Shown here: positions 1 to 10,460 of the stretch, piece after piece | Layout of the letters: every line of letters begins with the position of its first letter | How positions within the stretch are numbered: position 1 is the first letter of the stretch | Source of the DNA: Rebecca billardiae RCC1528 | Taxonomy: Eukaryota > Protista > Haptophyta | Assembly (NCBI GenBank): GCA_965240325.2 | Contig: OZ251242.1 | Span: 434,001-498,000 of the forward strand | Length of the DNA: 64,000 nucleotides | Direction: 5' to 3' | The notes under the pieces: generated by a model | The model's database searches: none | The model's input: the letters and a program-made list of their open reading frames with translations, nothing else | Told to the model about the DNA's origin: nothing | Translations under genes and position numbers: made by a program

Positions 1-377
1 GCCGCGTCAGCCTTGGACCCCGCCGCCGACCTCTTGGGCTTCTTGCCCGCCTTCTTCGGCGGGGCGGGCGCGGCGGCGGGGGGCGCGGCCGAGCCGAGCT
101 CGCCGTACATCGCGTCGTCCGCCGCCACCTCGAGCGCCTCGTGCGCGTCGTCCGGCGCGACGCCGCCGCCGGCCGCGCCGCCGGCCGCGCCCGCGCCCTC
201 CTCCTCGTCCTCCACGGCGGCGGCGGGGAGCTCGGGCGGCGCGGGCGGCCGCGCGGAGTCGGTCGACTGCGCCAGCTCGTCCTCCACCACCTCGGCCGCC
301 TCGGCCGTCGCCTCGCCCGCCTCGATCGGCTCGGCGGGCAGCTCCTCCTCCTCGGGCACCTCGTCGTCGTCAGCCAT
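1..377 (-). CDS. Hypothetical acidic protein, N-terminal part (runs off the window)
   Basis: ATG at 377 opens MADDDEVPEEEELPAEPIEAGE...PKKAGKKPKRS with no stop before position 1. Codon usage is coding-like (GAG/GAC/AAG). Head-to-head with the gene at 548. Confidence 0.6.
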   Translation of the reverse strand, partial: MADDDEVPEEEELPAEPIEAGEATAEAAEVVEDELAQSTDSARPPAPPELPAAAVEDEEEGAGAAGGAAGGGVAPDDAHEALEVAADDAMYGELGSAAPPAAAPAPPKKAGKKPKRSAAGSKADA

Positions 378-547
378 GCCCACGCCCAGGCTGCACAACA
401 GGGGCTTGAAACCGCCCGGCGACAACTTCTAACGGCTTTGTCCGGTGAACTCCGGCCATTCGGCCACCTACCGGCTACCGGGTGCGGTCCGGTGACTTGA
501 GTAGTTGAGTGTGGCGTGGCCGCGTAAAGTACTGAGAGCGGAGCGCG

Positions 548-1696
548 ATGGAGTCCGCGCTCTCGGGCGCGGCGTCGACGGCAATAACGGCGGCGGTGTC
601 GAAGCGGTGCGCGGCGGAGCTCGGGTACGTGGACGACCCGTTCGCGCGCTGGTTCGACACCTCCGCCACGCGCTGCGCGCCCATCATCAACCGCGGCACC
701 TTCGTCCGCATCGCCGCCATCGACAGCATCTGCGACCAGTTTGCGCCGCGCCCGCCGCCGCCGCCGCCGCCGGACGCCGGCGCGAGCGGCGCGCCGGCGG
801 CGGACGCGGCGCCGAGCGGCGGCGCCGAGGAGGTGCGTCAGATCCTCTCGCTCGGCGCCGGCCTCGACACGCGCGCCTGGCGCCTCCGCCGCGCGCGCGC
901 GCCCATCGCGCGCTATATCGAGGTCGACCTTCCGTCCGTCGTGGCGCATCGGCGCGCGCTGTGCGAGCGCGCGCGGCGCGCGGCGGCGCGCGGCGAGGCG
1001 GGCGGCGTGGAGGGTGGCGAGGCGTCGGAGCCGGATCCCGCGCACGACCCCGCCGTGCCCTCGCCCGCCGACGCGCTCGTCGCCGCCGACCTCTCCGACC
1101 TCGGCGCGCTCCGCGCCGCGCTCGACGGCCTCCGCGCCTCGTCGGGTTCGTCAATCGGCTTCGACCCGGCGGCGCCCACGCTCGTGCTGATCGAGTGCGT
1201 GCTCGTGTACATGGCGCCCGAGTCCGGCAGTGCCCTGCTCGCCTTCCTCGCCTCGTACCTCCCGGACTCGGCGCTGGTCGCGTATGAGATGGTCCGGCCG
1301 GATGACGCGTTCGGGGCACAGATGGTGACGAACCTCCGGGCGCGCGGCGTGGGCATCCCGGGCGTGGTCGGCAGCGCGGACGAGGCGGCGCTGTGCGCGC
1401 GGCTCGGCGCGTGCGGCTGGGTCGGCGCCGAGGCGCTCGGCATGCGCGCGTGGTACGAGACCTGCCTGCCGCGCGCCGAGCGCGCGCGCGTCGAGGGGTT
1501 ACAGTGGCTTGACGAAATCGAGGAGTGGGCGCTGCTGCTGGCGCACTACGCGTTCGTGCTCGCGCGGAGCGAGCGCGCGCGCGGCTGGGCGGAGGCGCTC
1601 CGCTGGGCGAAGGCGCCGGAGGGCTCGGCGCAGGGCGCGGGCCCGCCGCGGGGGCTGCCGCCGCTGGGCGCGGCGGGCTCGCCCCCGCTGGCGTAG
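548..1696 (+). CDS. LCMT1: Leucine carboxyl methyltransferase (LCMT1/PPM1-like)
   Basis: Motifs SKRCAAELGYVDDPF, PIINRGTFVR, QILSLGAGLDT, PTLVLIECVLVYM, YEMVRPDDAFGAQM and LDEIEEWALLLAHY match the LCM family. Confidence 0.9.
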   Translation: MESALSGAASTAITAAVSKRCAAELGYVDDPFARWFDTSATRCAPIINRGTFVRIAAIDSICDQFAPRPPPPPPPDAGASGAPAADAAPSGGAEEVRQILSLGAGLDTRAWRLRRARAPIARYIEVDLPSVVAHRRALCERARRAAARGEAGGVEGGEASEPDPAHDPAVPSPADALVAADLSDLGALRAALDGLRASSGSSIGFDPAAPTLVLIECVLVYMAPESGSALLAFLASYLPDSALVAYEMVRPDDAFGAQMVTNLRARGVGIPGVVGSADEAALCARLGACGWVGAEALGMRAWYETCLPRAERARVEGLQWLDEIEEWALLLAHYAFVLARSERARGWAEALRWAKAPEGSAQGAGPPRGLPPLGAAGSPPLA

Positions 1697-1902
1697 TTAG
1701 AGTCTCCTGACTCGGACACGCGGCGCCGATACAGACCCGGCCCGGCTGCATTGGCTGCAGCACTGGCTGCTGCAGCTGCAGGAGTCGGCTGGCAGCTGGT
1801 GCTGCTGCTGCCCGAGTGCTGGCTGATCACGCGGATCACGGTACGCTGCCCCGGCGCCACCGCGAGTCACCGACGTCACTCTCAGTCTCAGCGGTCCCGG
1901 GT

Positions 1903-1934
1903 GAGTCTGAGTCTGAGTCTGAGTCTGAGTCTGA
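1903..1934. repeat. (GAGTCT)n hexamer microsatellite, about 5 units
   Basis: gagtctgagtctgagtctgagtctgagtctga read directly. Confidence 0.8.
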
Positions 1935-2371
1935 CCCCGGCGGCGGCAGACGGCCCGCGGACGTAGCCCCGCCGGACCGGACTGTCCGGAGCCGGAGGCC
2001 CTCGTCTGTGACTAGTGTGAGGTCCGACCGCGGACTAGTACCGCCGGCGCGAGTGAGTGAGAATCAGAGATGTTACGGTCAGCATTATGCACAGGCAGAT
2101 GAACCTAGCGGACCAGCTTGGGTCCGACCTCGCACTCGTTCAATGGTAGGAGCTGTGCAGCGCATGGCCGCATGCATGCACAGTTGCCACTGCGGCCACT
2201 GAACGGCCAACGGGGCCACTGAGAGACACACTCACTCCGAATCAGTCAACGGCAAGCCTGGTAAGCGCCGTTTCACAAACGACTGTTTCAGTCCGGTTTG
2301 CGGGCGCGCCGTTTTGCCGCCCCGACTTTTATTCGATCCGGCGGCCCTGGCCCGGCCGAGACCCCGACCGA

Positions 2372-5300
2372 GTGAGTGATGGCTGCGCGCCTGAGGCGCA
2401 TGCTGGGCGGGGCGGCCTCGCGCCACGCATGAGCGCGGAGTACGGCCCGTGGTACCCGCGGCGGTCTGACTTCACGCAGACGTTCGTCCGATCGCCCTTC
2501 GTCGGCGCCGACGGCCGCTCGCCCGGCTCTCGCAGTCCGGGCGCGCGCTCGAGATCGCGATCTCGCTCGCCGACGGCCGCCGCACCGCCGCCGCCGCCGC
2601 CGCCGCCGCCGATGACGGCACTGGCGACGATCGTGCCGGGCATGCCCGCGCGCATGGGCGTGGGCGCGAGTATGCCCGGCGCCTCGACCTCTCCGCGCTT
2701 CCGCCCGCGCCGCTGCTCCGCCCCGAGCGCCGCGGCCGCGCCACGCGCGCGCGGCCGCTCGGCCGGCGGCGGCAGCGGCGGCGGCGCGCTCACACCGACG
2801 CCGCCGTTCCGCCCGCGGCGCTTCTCGCACCTGAAGTACGCGACGTCGCCGATGGGCGAGCTGCCGTACCGCGGCTCGCTCTCGCCCGCCGCGCCGCGTG
2901 AGCTCTTGCGCGCTCTCGCCTCGCCGCCGCCGGCGCCGACGACGACGACGCCGACGCCGGCGACGCCGCGCTCTCGCGCGGCGGCGGTCGCCGCGGCGGT
3001 CGGCGCGGCCAACCGCGCGTCGGCGGCGCGCGCGTCGCAGGCGTGGCTGCGCGCGGAGCGGCTGCACGCCGCGGCGAGCGCGCTCGCGGCGCGCGCGCTC
3101 GCGCGCCGCACGCTGCGCGCGTGGCGCGCGGCCGCAGTCGACACGGCGCCGCGATGGTGGCTGGCGCGGCGGCGCGCGCTGCGCCGCTGGCGGCGGCGCG
3201 CCGCGCGCGCGCCGTCGGTCCGGCAGCTCGAGGCGCTGCACGCGGCGGCGCGCGCGCGCGCGCGCCGGGCGGCGCTGCGCGTGGCGCTGCGCCGCATGCG
3301 CGCGAGCGCGCGCCGCGCCGCGCGCGCGGCCGCGGCGGCGCGGCTGCCGCGCGCGCGCGCGCTGCGCGCGTGGGCGCCCGCGGCCGCGCGCGCGCGCGTG
3401 GCGCGCGCGCTCGCGGCGCGCGCGACGCGCCACGCGCGCGGGCGCGCGCTGTCGCGCGCGTGCGGACGCGTCGCCGCCGCGGCGATCGCGGGCTCGCGCC
3501 GCGCCGCGCGTGCCGCGCGGCCGGTGCCGCCCGCGCGCGCGACGCTGGCGGCGCGCGCGCTGCGCGCGTGGGCGCGGCGCGCGCGCGCCGCGGCCGCGCG
3601 CGCGCGCGCCGCGGCCGCGCACGCGCGGCGCACGGCCGCGGCGCGCTGGCGGCGCGCCGCCGGCATCGCCGCGGCGGCCGGCGCGGCCGAGCGCCGGGCG
3701 GCCGCCGCCTCGGGCCTGGGCCCGCGCGGCCGGCTCGTGAGCCGCTGGCGCGCCGCCGCCGCGCGCGCGCGCCGCGCCGAGCGCGCCGCGGCCGCGGCGG
3801 CGCGCGCGCGGCGCGCGGCGCGCGCGGCGCGCGCGCTCGGCGCGTGGCGCGCCGCGGCGGCGGCCGCGCGGCCCGGCGCAGCGGCCGCGGCGCGCGCGCC
3901 CTCCACCGCGGCGGCGCTTCGCTCGCGCGCGATCCGAGCGTGGGCGCGCGCCACGCGCGCGCGCCTCGCCGCGGCGCGCGCCCACCTCGCGCTGAGCGGC
4001 CGCGTGCGCGCGCGGCGCCGGCTGAGCGCGCTGCGCGCGCTGCGCGGCGCGGCGGGCGCGGCGGGCCGCGCGGCTGCGGCGGGCGCGCGGCTGCGCGGCC
4101 GCGCGGAGGCGGTGGCGCGCGGCCGCGCGCGGCGCGAGGCGTGGCTCGCGCTCGGCCGGGACCGCGCGCTCGCGCTCGCCGCCGAGACCGCCGCCGCGCA
4201 CGCGCGCACGCGCCGCCGGCGCGCGCTGCGCGCCGCCGCGGTTGCGTGGCGCGCGCGCGCCGCGCTCGCGGCCGCGGCGCGCGCCATGCTCGCGGCGGCG
4301 GCGGCGCGCGAGCGGCGGGCGCGCGGCGCGGCGGTGCAGGTGTGGCGCGCGGCGGCGGCGGTGGCGGCGCGCGCGTCGACGACGCTGCGCCGCCGCGCCG
4401 CCGCGCTGCTGCGCCGCCGCCTCCTCCGCCGCGCTGCCGCCGCCTTTGAGCGCGCCGCCAGCGGCGACGGCGCGGCGCGCGGCGCGGCGCGCGACGCGGC
4501 CGCGGCCGCGCTCGGCGCGCGCCGGCGCGCGGCGCGCGGCGCGGCGCTGCGCGCGTGGCGCGCGCGCGCGGAGGGCGCGCTCGCGCGGCGGTACGCGACG
4601 GAGGACGCCGCGGCCGAGCTCGCCGCCGCGCGCGCCTCGGCCGGCCTCGCGCGCTGGGCCGCGGCCGCGGCCGCGGCCGCGGCCGCGCGCGGCGCCGCCG
4701 CCGCCACCGACGCAGCGCTCGACGCGGCGGCGCGCGCGCACTGCGCCGCCGCGGCGCTGCGCGCGTGGCGGCCTGCGACGCGCGCGGCGGCGGCGCGGCG
4801 CGGCGCGGCGGCGCGCGCGGCGGCGCGCGCGCGCGCGGCCGACGCGCGCACGAGCTGGCGCCACTGGCGCCTTCGCGCCCTTGATGCCACCGGGCGCGCC
4901 GCCGCGCCGCGCGCCGCGGCCGCGGCGGCGGTGCGCGCGGTGCGCGCCGCGGCGCGCGGCGCGCGCCGCCGCGCGCGCGCCGCGGCGGCGGCGGCGCCGA
5001 CGCTGGAGAGCGCGCTGGCGCGCGGCGCGGTGGGCGTGTGGCGCGCGCGCGCCGCCGAGCGCGCGCACCGCGCCGCCGCGGCCGCGCGCACGCGCGCACG
5101 CCGCGCGCTGCGCGCGCTGCGCGCCACCGCGGCCGCGGCCGCGCGCGCCGCGGCCGCAGCCGCGCGGCCAGCGCCGCGCTCTGATGTGCGTGCGTGCGCG
5201 TGGCCGCGGTGGGTGCGCGCGGTGGGCGCGGCGGCGGCGCGCGCTGCGCGCGCGCGCGAGCGCGAGGCGCGCGCGCTCGGCGCGGCGGCGCGCCATTGGC

Positions 5301-7807
5301 GCGGGCTCGCCGCGCGCGAGCGCGCCGCGGCGCGCGCGCGGCGCGAGCTCAGGCGCGCATGCGCCGCGGCGCGCGCCGCGCTCGGCGACGCCGGCGACGG
5401 CGGCGGCGGCGGCGGTGGCGGGCCGCCGTTGGGTTCGGCGGCGGGTGGAGCGGAGCGCTCCTCGGCCTCGCGCGCGCTGGTGCCGCTCTCCCCCGCGCGC
5501 TCGCCGCGCCCACCCGACCCAGCGCCCGCCCGCCCGCCGCCGCCCGCGCCCGAAGCCGCCGTCGCCGCCGCAGCCGTGATCGCGACCGCGCGCCGGCGCG
5601 GCGCGCTCGCGCGCTGGGCGGCGACTGTGCTGCAGCGATGGGAGTGGGCGGGCGCGGCGGCGGCGGCGGCGGCGGCGCTCGGCGCGGCGGCGGCGCGCGG
5701 GCGTGCGCCGCGGCGGCTGCCGCTGCTCCACGCCTTCCGCCGCGCCGCGGAGGCCGCCGCGCTCTCGCGTGCCGGCGCGGCCGCGCGCGCGCGCGCCGAG
5801 CGCGCCGCGCCGCGCGCGGCCGCGCGCCGCGCGGCCGCGCGCTGGGCGGCGGCGCGCGGCGCGCGCCGCGCGCGCGCCGCCGCCACGGCGCGCGTGCGCG
5901 GCGCTCGGGCCGCGCGCGCACTCGAGCTGTGGGCCGAGCTGGCCGCGCGCACGGCCGACGCCGCGAACGCGCGCGCCGCGGCCGAATCGCACGCCGGCAT
6001 CGCGCGGCGCGCGCGCGCGCTGCGCGCGCTGCGGCAGCGCGTGTGGCGCGCCGCGTCGGCAGCGGCGCTGGCGGCGGCGGTCACGGCGTGCACGGCCGCG
6101 CGCGCGCGCGCGGCCTCCGCGGCGGCCTTCGCGAGCTGGCGCGCGGCGGCGGTGCCGACGGCGCGGCTGCGCACGGCGGTGCACGGCGCCTTCGGCGGCG
6201 GCGCGCTCGCGCTCGCCGCCCTCGCCGCGTTGCGCACGCTGCGCGCGCGCGGCGCGGCGCGCGCCGCGCGCGCGGCCGAGCGCGCAGCCACCGCCGCCGA
6301 GCGCGCCGCGCGCGCGCTGCGCGCGTGGCGTGAGTGGCGGCGTCGGCGCGCGGTGCTCGCGCGCGGCATCGCGGACGGCGGCGCGCCGGCGCAGCGCGCG
6401 CGCAAGCGCTTCGGCGCCGCCGGCGCGCTGCTCCGCGCGCACGCCGTCCGCCGCCTCCGCCGCCACGCCGCGCGCGCGCTGTGGGCGCGCGCCGCGCCGC
6501 GCCGCGCGCGCTGCCGGCGCGCCTTCGCGGCACTTGGCCGCGGCCGGCTCGCGCGCGCGACGCTCGCGACGGCGCAGCTGCTGGTGGCGGCGTCGCGCGG
6601 GCGCGCGGTGGTGCGCGCGTGGCACCACGTCGCGGCGAGCACCGCCGCCGAGCGCCGCCACTTCGCACGCCTCGCGCGACTGCGCGCCGCCACCCGAAAG
6701 CTCCTGACTGCAACTGCCAACGCACGACTCGGCGCCGCGTGCGCGGCGCGCGGCGCGCAGCGCGCGCGCGCGCGCGCGCTCGTGACGTGGGCTGAGCGCG
6801 CGCACCCGCCGGGCTCGGAGGGGAGCGTGCGCGCGGCGGCGAGCGCCTCGCTCGCCGTCTGGTGCGCCGCCTTCTCCGCGCGCCGCGCGCGCGGCGCCGC
6901 GCTCCGCCGCTGGCGCGCCACCATCGCCGCCGCGTGCGCGGCGGCCACGCACGCGCGCGCGGCCGCCGACGCAGCAGACGCGGCGGCGTGGGTGCTCGTC
7001 GCGCGCGCGCTGGCGCGGTGGCGCGCGGCGCTGCGCGGGTCGGGCGGCGGGCGCGCGGCGCGGCGGCGCGCCGCGCTCGCCGTGCGCGTGCGCCGCCCGC
7101 TCCGCGAATGGGCCCTCCAGTGCGCTCGCTCCGCCATTGCCGCCGGGTGCGCGGATCGCGCCGCGCGCGCGCGCGCGCTCGCGCGCTGGCGCGGCGCGGC
7201 GGACGCGCGCGAGCGCGCGTACGAGCAGCGCGCGGCGGCGGCGGTGGCGATCGACCGCGCGCTCGCGCTCGCCGAGGCGAGCGTCGCCACCGCGCTCGCG
7301 CGCGCCGCGCCGCCCGCACCGCCACGCTCGCTGCCTGCGCCCGCGCTGCGGCGCGCGCGCGCGCTTGCTGTGCGCGCGCGCGTCGTGCGCTCCTTCGAGC
7401 GCTGGTGGCACTACGCGGTGGCGGTGCGGCTGGCGGGCACGCTGCGGCTGATGGGGCCCGCGGATCTCGCCGCCGAGCCCGCGCCGCCCGCGCCCGGCGC
7501 CGCCGCGACGCTCGCGCCACCCGCGCCGCCCGCGGGCGGCGGCGGCGCCGGCGCCGCCGCCATCGCACGTGCACCTGAAGTGCTGCCGAGCACGGCGCCC
7601 ACGCCGGCGCGCGCCGCCGAGGCGCCGACGACGGGCGAGAGCGGCGTGCCGCGCGCGGTGGGCGTGACCTTCGCCGCCGTGGCCCCCGCCGAGGGCGGCC
7701 GCCGCGCGTCGCCGCCGCCGCGGCCGGGCCCCGGCGAGCGCATGCGCGCGCTCGCCGCGCGCGCGCGCGTCGCGCCGGCGCCGCAGTCCCAACGCGCGCG
7801 CGGCTGA
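2372..7807 (+). CDS. Sfi1-like centrin-binding repeat protein (Ala/Arg-rich); start uncertain
   Basis: Long stop-free frame with many recurring A/L-x-R-A-W-R motifs (RRALRRWRR, RALRAWA, AFASWR, RSFERWW). These resemble Sfi1 repeats. Confidence 0.6.
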   Translation: MSDGCAPEAHAGRGGLAPRMSAEYGPWYPRRSDFTQTFVRSPFVGADGRSPGSRSPGARSRSRSRSPTAAAPPPPPPPPPMTALATIVPGMPARMGVGASMPGASTSPRFRPRRCSAPSAAAAPRARGRSAGGGSGGGALTPTPPFRPRRFSHLKYATSPMGELPYRGSLSPAAPRELLRALASPPPAPTTTTPTPATPRSRAAAVAAAVGAANRASAARASQAWLRAERLHAAASALAARALARRTLRAWRAAAVDTAPRWWLARRRALRRWRRRAARAPSVRQLEALHAAARARARRAALRVALRRMRASARRAARAAAAARLPRARALRAWAPAAARARVARALAARATRHARGRALSRACGRVAAAAIAGSRRAARAARPVPPARATLAARALRAWARRARAAAARARAAAAHARRTAAARWRRAAGIAAAAGAAERRAAAASGLGPRGRLVSRWRAAAARARRAERAAAAAARARRAARAARALGAWRAAAAAARPGAAAAARAPSTAAALRSRAIRAWARATRARLAAARAHLALSGRVRARRRLSALRALRGAAGAAGRAAAAGARLRGRAEAVARGRARREAWLALGRDRALALAAETAAAHARTRRRRALRAAAVAWRARAALAAAARAMLAAAAARERRARGAAVQVWRAAAAVAARASTTLRRRAAALLRRRLLRRAAAAFERAASGDGAARGAARDAAAAALGARRRAARGAALRAWRARAEGALARRYATEDAAAELAAARASAGLARWAAAAAAAAAARGAAAATDAALDAAARAHCAAAALRAWRPATRAAAARRGAAARAAARARAADARTSWRHWRLRALDATGRAAAPRAAAAAAVRAVRAAARGARRRARAAAAAAPTLESALARGAVGVWRARAAERAHRAAAAARTRARRALRALRATAAAAARAAAAAARPAPRSDVRACAWPRWVRAVGAAAARAARAREREARALGAAARHWRGLAARERAAARARRELRRACAAARAALGDAGDGGGGGGGGPPLGSAAGGAERSSASRALVPLSPARSPRPPDPAPARPPPPAPEAAVAAAAVIATARRRGALARWAATVLQRWEWAGAAAAAAAALGAAAARGRAPRRLPLLHAFRRAAEAAALSRAGAAARARAERAAPRAAARRAAARWAAARGARRARAAATARVRGARAARALELWAELAARTADAANARAAAESHAGIARRARALRALRQRVWRAASAAALAAAVTACTAARARAASAAAFASWRAAAVPTARLRTAVHGAFGGGALALAALAALRTLRARGAARAARAAERAATAAERAARALRAWREWRRRRAVLARGIADGGAPAQRARKRFGAAGALLRAHAVRRLRRHAARALWARAAPRRARCRRAFAALGRGRLARATLATAQLLVAASRGRAVVRAWHHVAASTAAERRHFARLARLRAATRKLLTATANARLGAACAARGAQRARARALVTWAERAHPPGSEGSVRAAASASLAVWCAAFSARRARGAALRRWRATIAAACAAATHARAAADAADAAAWVLVARALARWRAALRGSGGGRAARRRAALAVRVRRPLREWALQCARSAIAAGCADRAARARALARWRGAADARERAYEQRAAAAVAIDRALALAEASVATALARAAPPAPPRSLPAPALRRARALAVRARVVRSFERWWHYAVAVRLAGTLRLMGPADLAAEPAPPAPGAAATLAPPAPPAGGGGAGAAAIARAPEVLPSTAPTPARAAEAPTTGESGVPRAVGVTFAAVAPAEGGRRASPPPRPGPGERMRALAARARVAPAPQSQRARG

Positions 7808-8040
7808 CGCGTGCGCCGAGATTGGATGCCGCGTGCAGCGCCGCGCGCGCGCACGCAAGCCGCGCGCTGCTTGCCGAGCCGACGGGGCGACGAGACGCGT
7901 TGCACCTGCAGCCGGCGCCATCGTTCTAGTGTCCGTCCAAGGGTGTGTCTGCAAGCAGGGGTCAGCACGCCAATTATTGTACCGCTGGAGGGTTCGAGAA
8001 CCTCAGAAAGGCGGTTCTCGATTCCGTATTCTGCAGAGCC

Positions 8041-9155
8041 AAGGGAGTCAAGGGTGCCCGCGCCCCAGTGGCGCGCTCAGCGGATGTTGGCACACAGATT
8101 TTTGCCCGACGCCTGCGGCGGGCGGCGGCGAGGGCGTGCTCCGCTGGCGGGGCGAGCGCACGGGGCACGGCGCTGCGGGCGCGGATGTGCCCGCGAAGCC
8201 GGCGCGTGCGGACGGGCTGTTGCGGGAGAGTATCTGGCGCCCTCCTGCGCCGCGCGTCTTGCGCAACGCCTCTTTCGCCTCGGCTCAGGGCAGCGCGCAC
8301 GCACGCGCCGCCTCAAGGCCAGCCTTGCCTGCGCCGCAGCCGACCGCGCGCGCGCCGTGCGCGGCGTGGTCGGGAAGGAGCGGGCGCTGCTGCCGGGCGA
8401 GATGGCGACACCATGCGCGCACGCCATGCCGCCCTGCGATGCCGCGACAGGGCACGGCAATAGATCTGCACAGCTGTTGACGAGTGCTGATCGCTTGTCA
8501 TGCCAAGCCAGACCTGAGCTCGAAGAAGATGATGAAAGAGCATCAGCGCGAGGAAAGCGTCGCTCCCAGCACTTCTGCATGACCACGCGGTGATGAACAT
8601 TCATGTAAGAGTAGCCCGCGTGCCCGTCTGGCACTGTTCTGGGTCTCAATGATCGTCCCGACATTCCGACAAGGGTCACGACCGCGAGGCCGTGCACAAC
8701 ATTTGTGACAAGTCAAAGAGGCATGCAAACAGACCGACGACGCGCTCGTCAAGGCGTGGCGGGACGGCATGGCGTGCGCGCATGATGTCGCCATCTCGCC
8801 CGGCAGTAGCGCCCGCTCCTTCCCGACCAATCCGCGCACGGCGCGCGCGCGGTCGGCTGCGGCGCAGGCAAGGCTGGCCTTGAGGCGGCGCGTGCGTGCG
8901 CGCTGCCCTGAGCCGAGGCGAAAGAGGCGTTGCGCAAGACGCGCGGCGCAGGAGGGCGCCAGATACTCTCCCGCAACAGCCCGTCCGCACGCGCCGGCTT
9001 CGCGGGCACATCCGCGCCCGCAGCGCCGTGCCCCGTGCGCTCGCCCCGCCAGCGGAGCACGCCCTCGCCGCCGCCCGCCGCAGGCGTCGGGCAAAAATCT
9101 GTGTGCCAACATCCGCTGAGCGCGCCACTGGGGCGCGGGCACCCTTGACTCCCTT
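8041..9155. mobile_element. Non-autonomous Mutator/foldback-like DNA transposon with ~390-bp terminal inverted repeats
   Basis: 8041-~8431 is the near-perfect reverse complement of ~8765-9155. Flanks are tgcagagcc (8032-8040) and ggcagagcc (9156-9164), an 8/9 match consistent with a 9-bp TSD. Confidence 0.8.
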
Positions 9156-9420
9156 GGCAGAGCCATCAGTTCGGAGATTCCCCTGGCTCGGGGAGCGCGG
9201 CCTAGAAATTGCCTCGCGCAGAGACGAGCTCGCTATTTGGTGTGGGCCAAAGGCTTGCATACCGTATGTATCTCGGGATGAGATTGGTGTCTCAGCTGCC
9301 CGGCATTTACCCGAGATCTCGGGCCCGTCCCCTGCGCCTCCGCTCGGGCAAAAGGTCAATTGACGGACGGCCTGGGGTGGCGGCGCGGGTCGTCACGCGC
9401 AACTGCACGGCGCGGACGCC

Positions 9421-10426
9421 ATGGCGCCCGACCCGGCAGTGATGCCATCGGCGCCAACATTGATCGTGGAGGGCGAGCCGGTCAAAGAGGACGCGGCCGA
9501 CGAGGGCAGCAAGCCCTCGTCGCCGCGCGAGCCGCAGAATTACGACCACGCGATTGCGGAGAAGGCCGCGCGCGCGATGCTGCACCGCGAGCGCCCGCGT
9601 GGCTTCTACTGGCCGGCGAAGAAGCTGCTCGAGTGGGGCGAGGTGCAGGTACGGCTGGGAGCGCCGCGCCGAGCTGCCCCCCTCGCGCTGCCTCCGCGCA
9701 GCCCGCCGGGACACGTCGGCCCGCGCTCACGCTGCGCGCACGCGTGCCGCGCGCGCGCGCGCGTCCTGCCGTGCTCGCGCGTGCCGCGCGCGACGCGCGC
9801 GCGATGCACAGATCGGGCGGCACGCGTCGTGGTCCGACCTCTTCTGGGACCTGATCTTCGTCGGCTCGGCCTTCAAGGTCGGCGACTTCTTCAAGACCAA
9901 CGTCGGCTCCCGCGCCGGCCCGCTCGTGCTCGTGGGCACCGGGCTCACCATCGTCAACTCCTGGTCGCACTTGCTACAATACCGGTGCCGGTTCGAGGCG
10001 AGCTCGCTGCTGCACAAGATCGTGGACGTGCTCGAGGGCCTCGCGGTCGCGGCGGCCGCGCACAACGTCGTCGAGGACGTCTCCGCCTTCGAGGCCTACC
10101 ACATGTACACCTTCCTAGTGCTCGTGCTGTGCGCGCGCGCCGTGCAGGGCGCGCGCCGGCTCGAGCTCGCCGTGCGCGAGCCGCCGGCGGAGGAGTACGG
10201 CTCGACGCGGTACGCGGCGCTGGACATGCTGGTGCGCACGCTGCTCGAGATGTCGCTGCTCTGCGTCGGCTTCTTCTTCAGCTCGCTCGAGGGCGTGATG
10301 GGCGTGCTGATCAGCGTGTGGCTTGTCCAGGTCACGCTCTTCACCGCACCCGCGCTGCTGGTGCGCCGCTGCGGCCCCAACCCTAACCCTAACCCACCCT
10401 AACCCTAACCCGCGCTGCTGGTGCGC

Positions 10427-10460
<34 letters not shown>

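Noticed and set aside
2288-7954. 1888-aa and 1653-aa minus-strand ORFs
   Set aside because: Shadow frames of the Sfi1-like gene. Extreme GC removes stops, and the translations are Arg/Ala noise without motifs.
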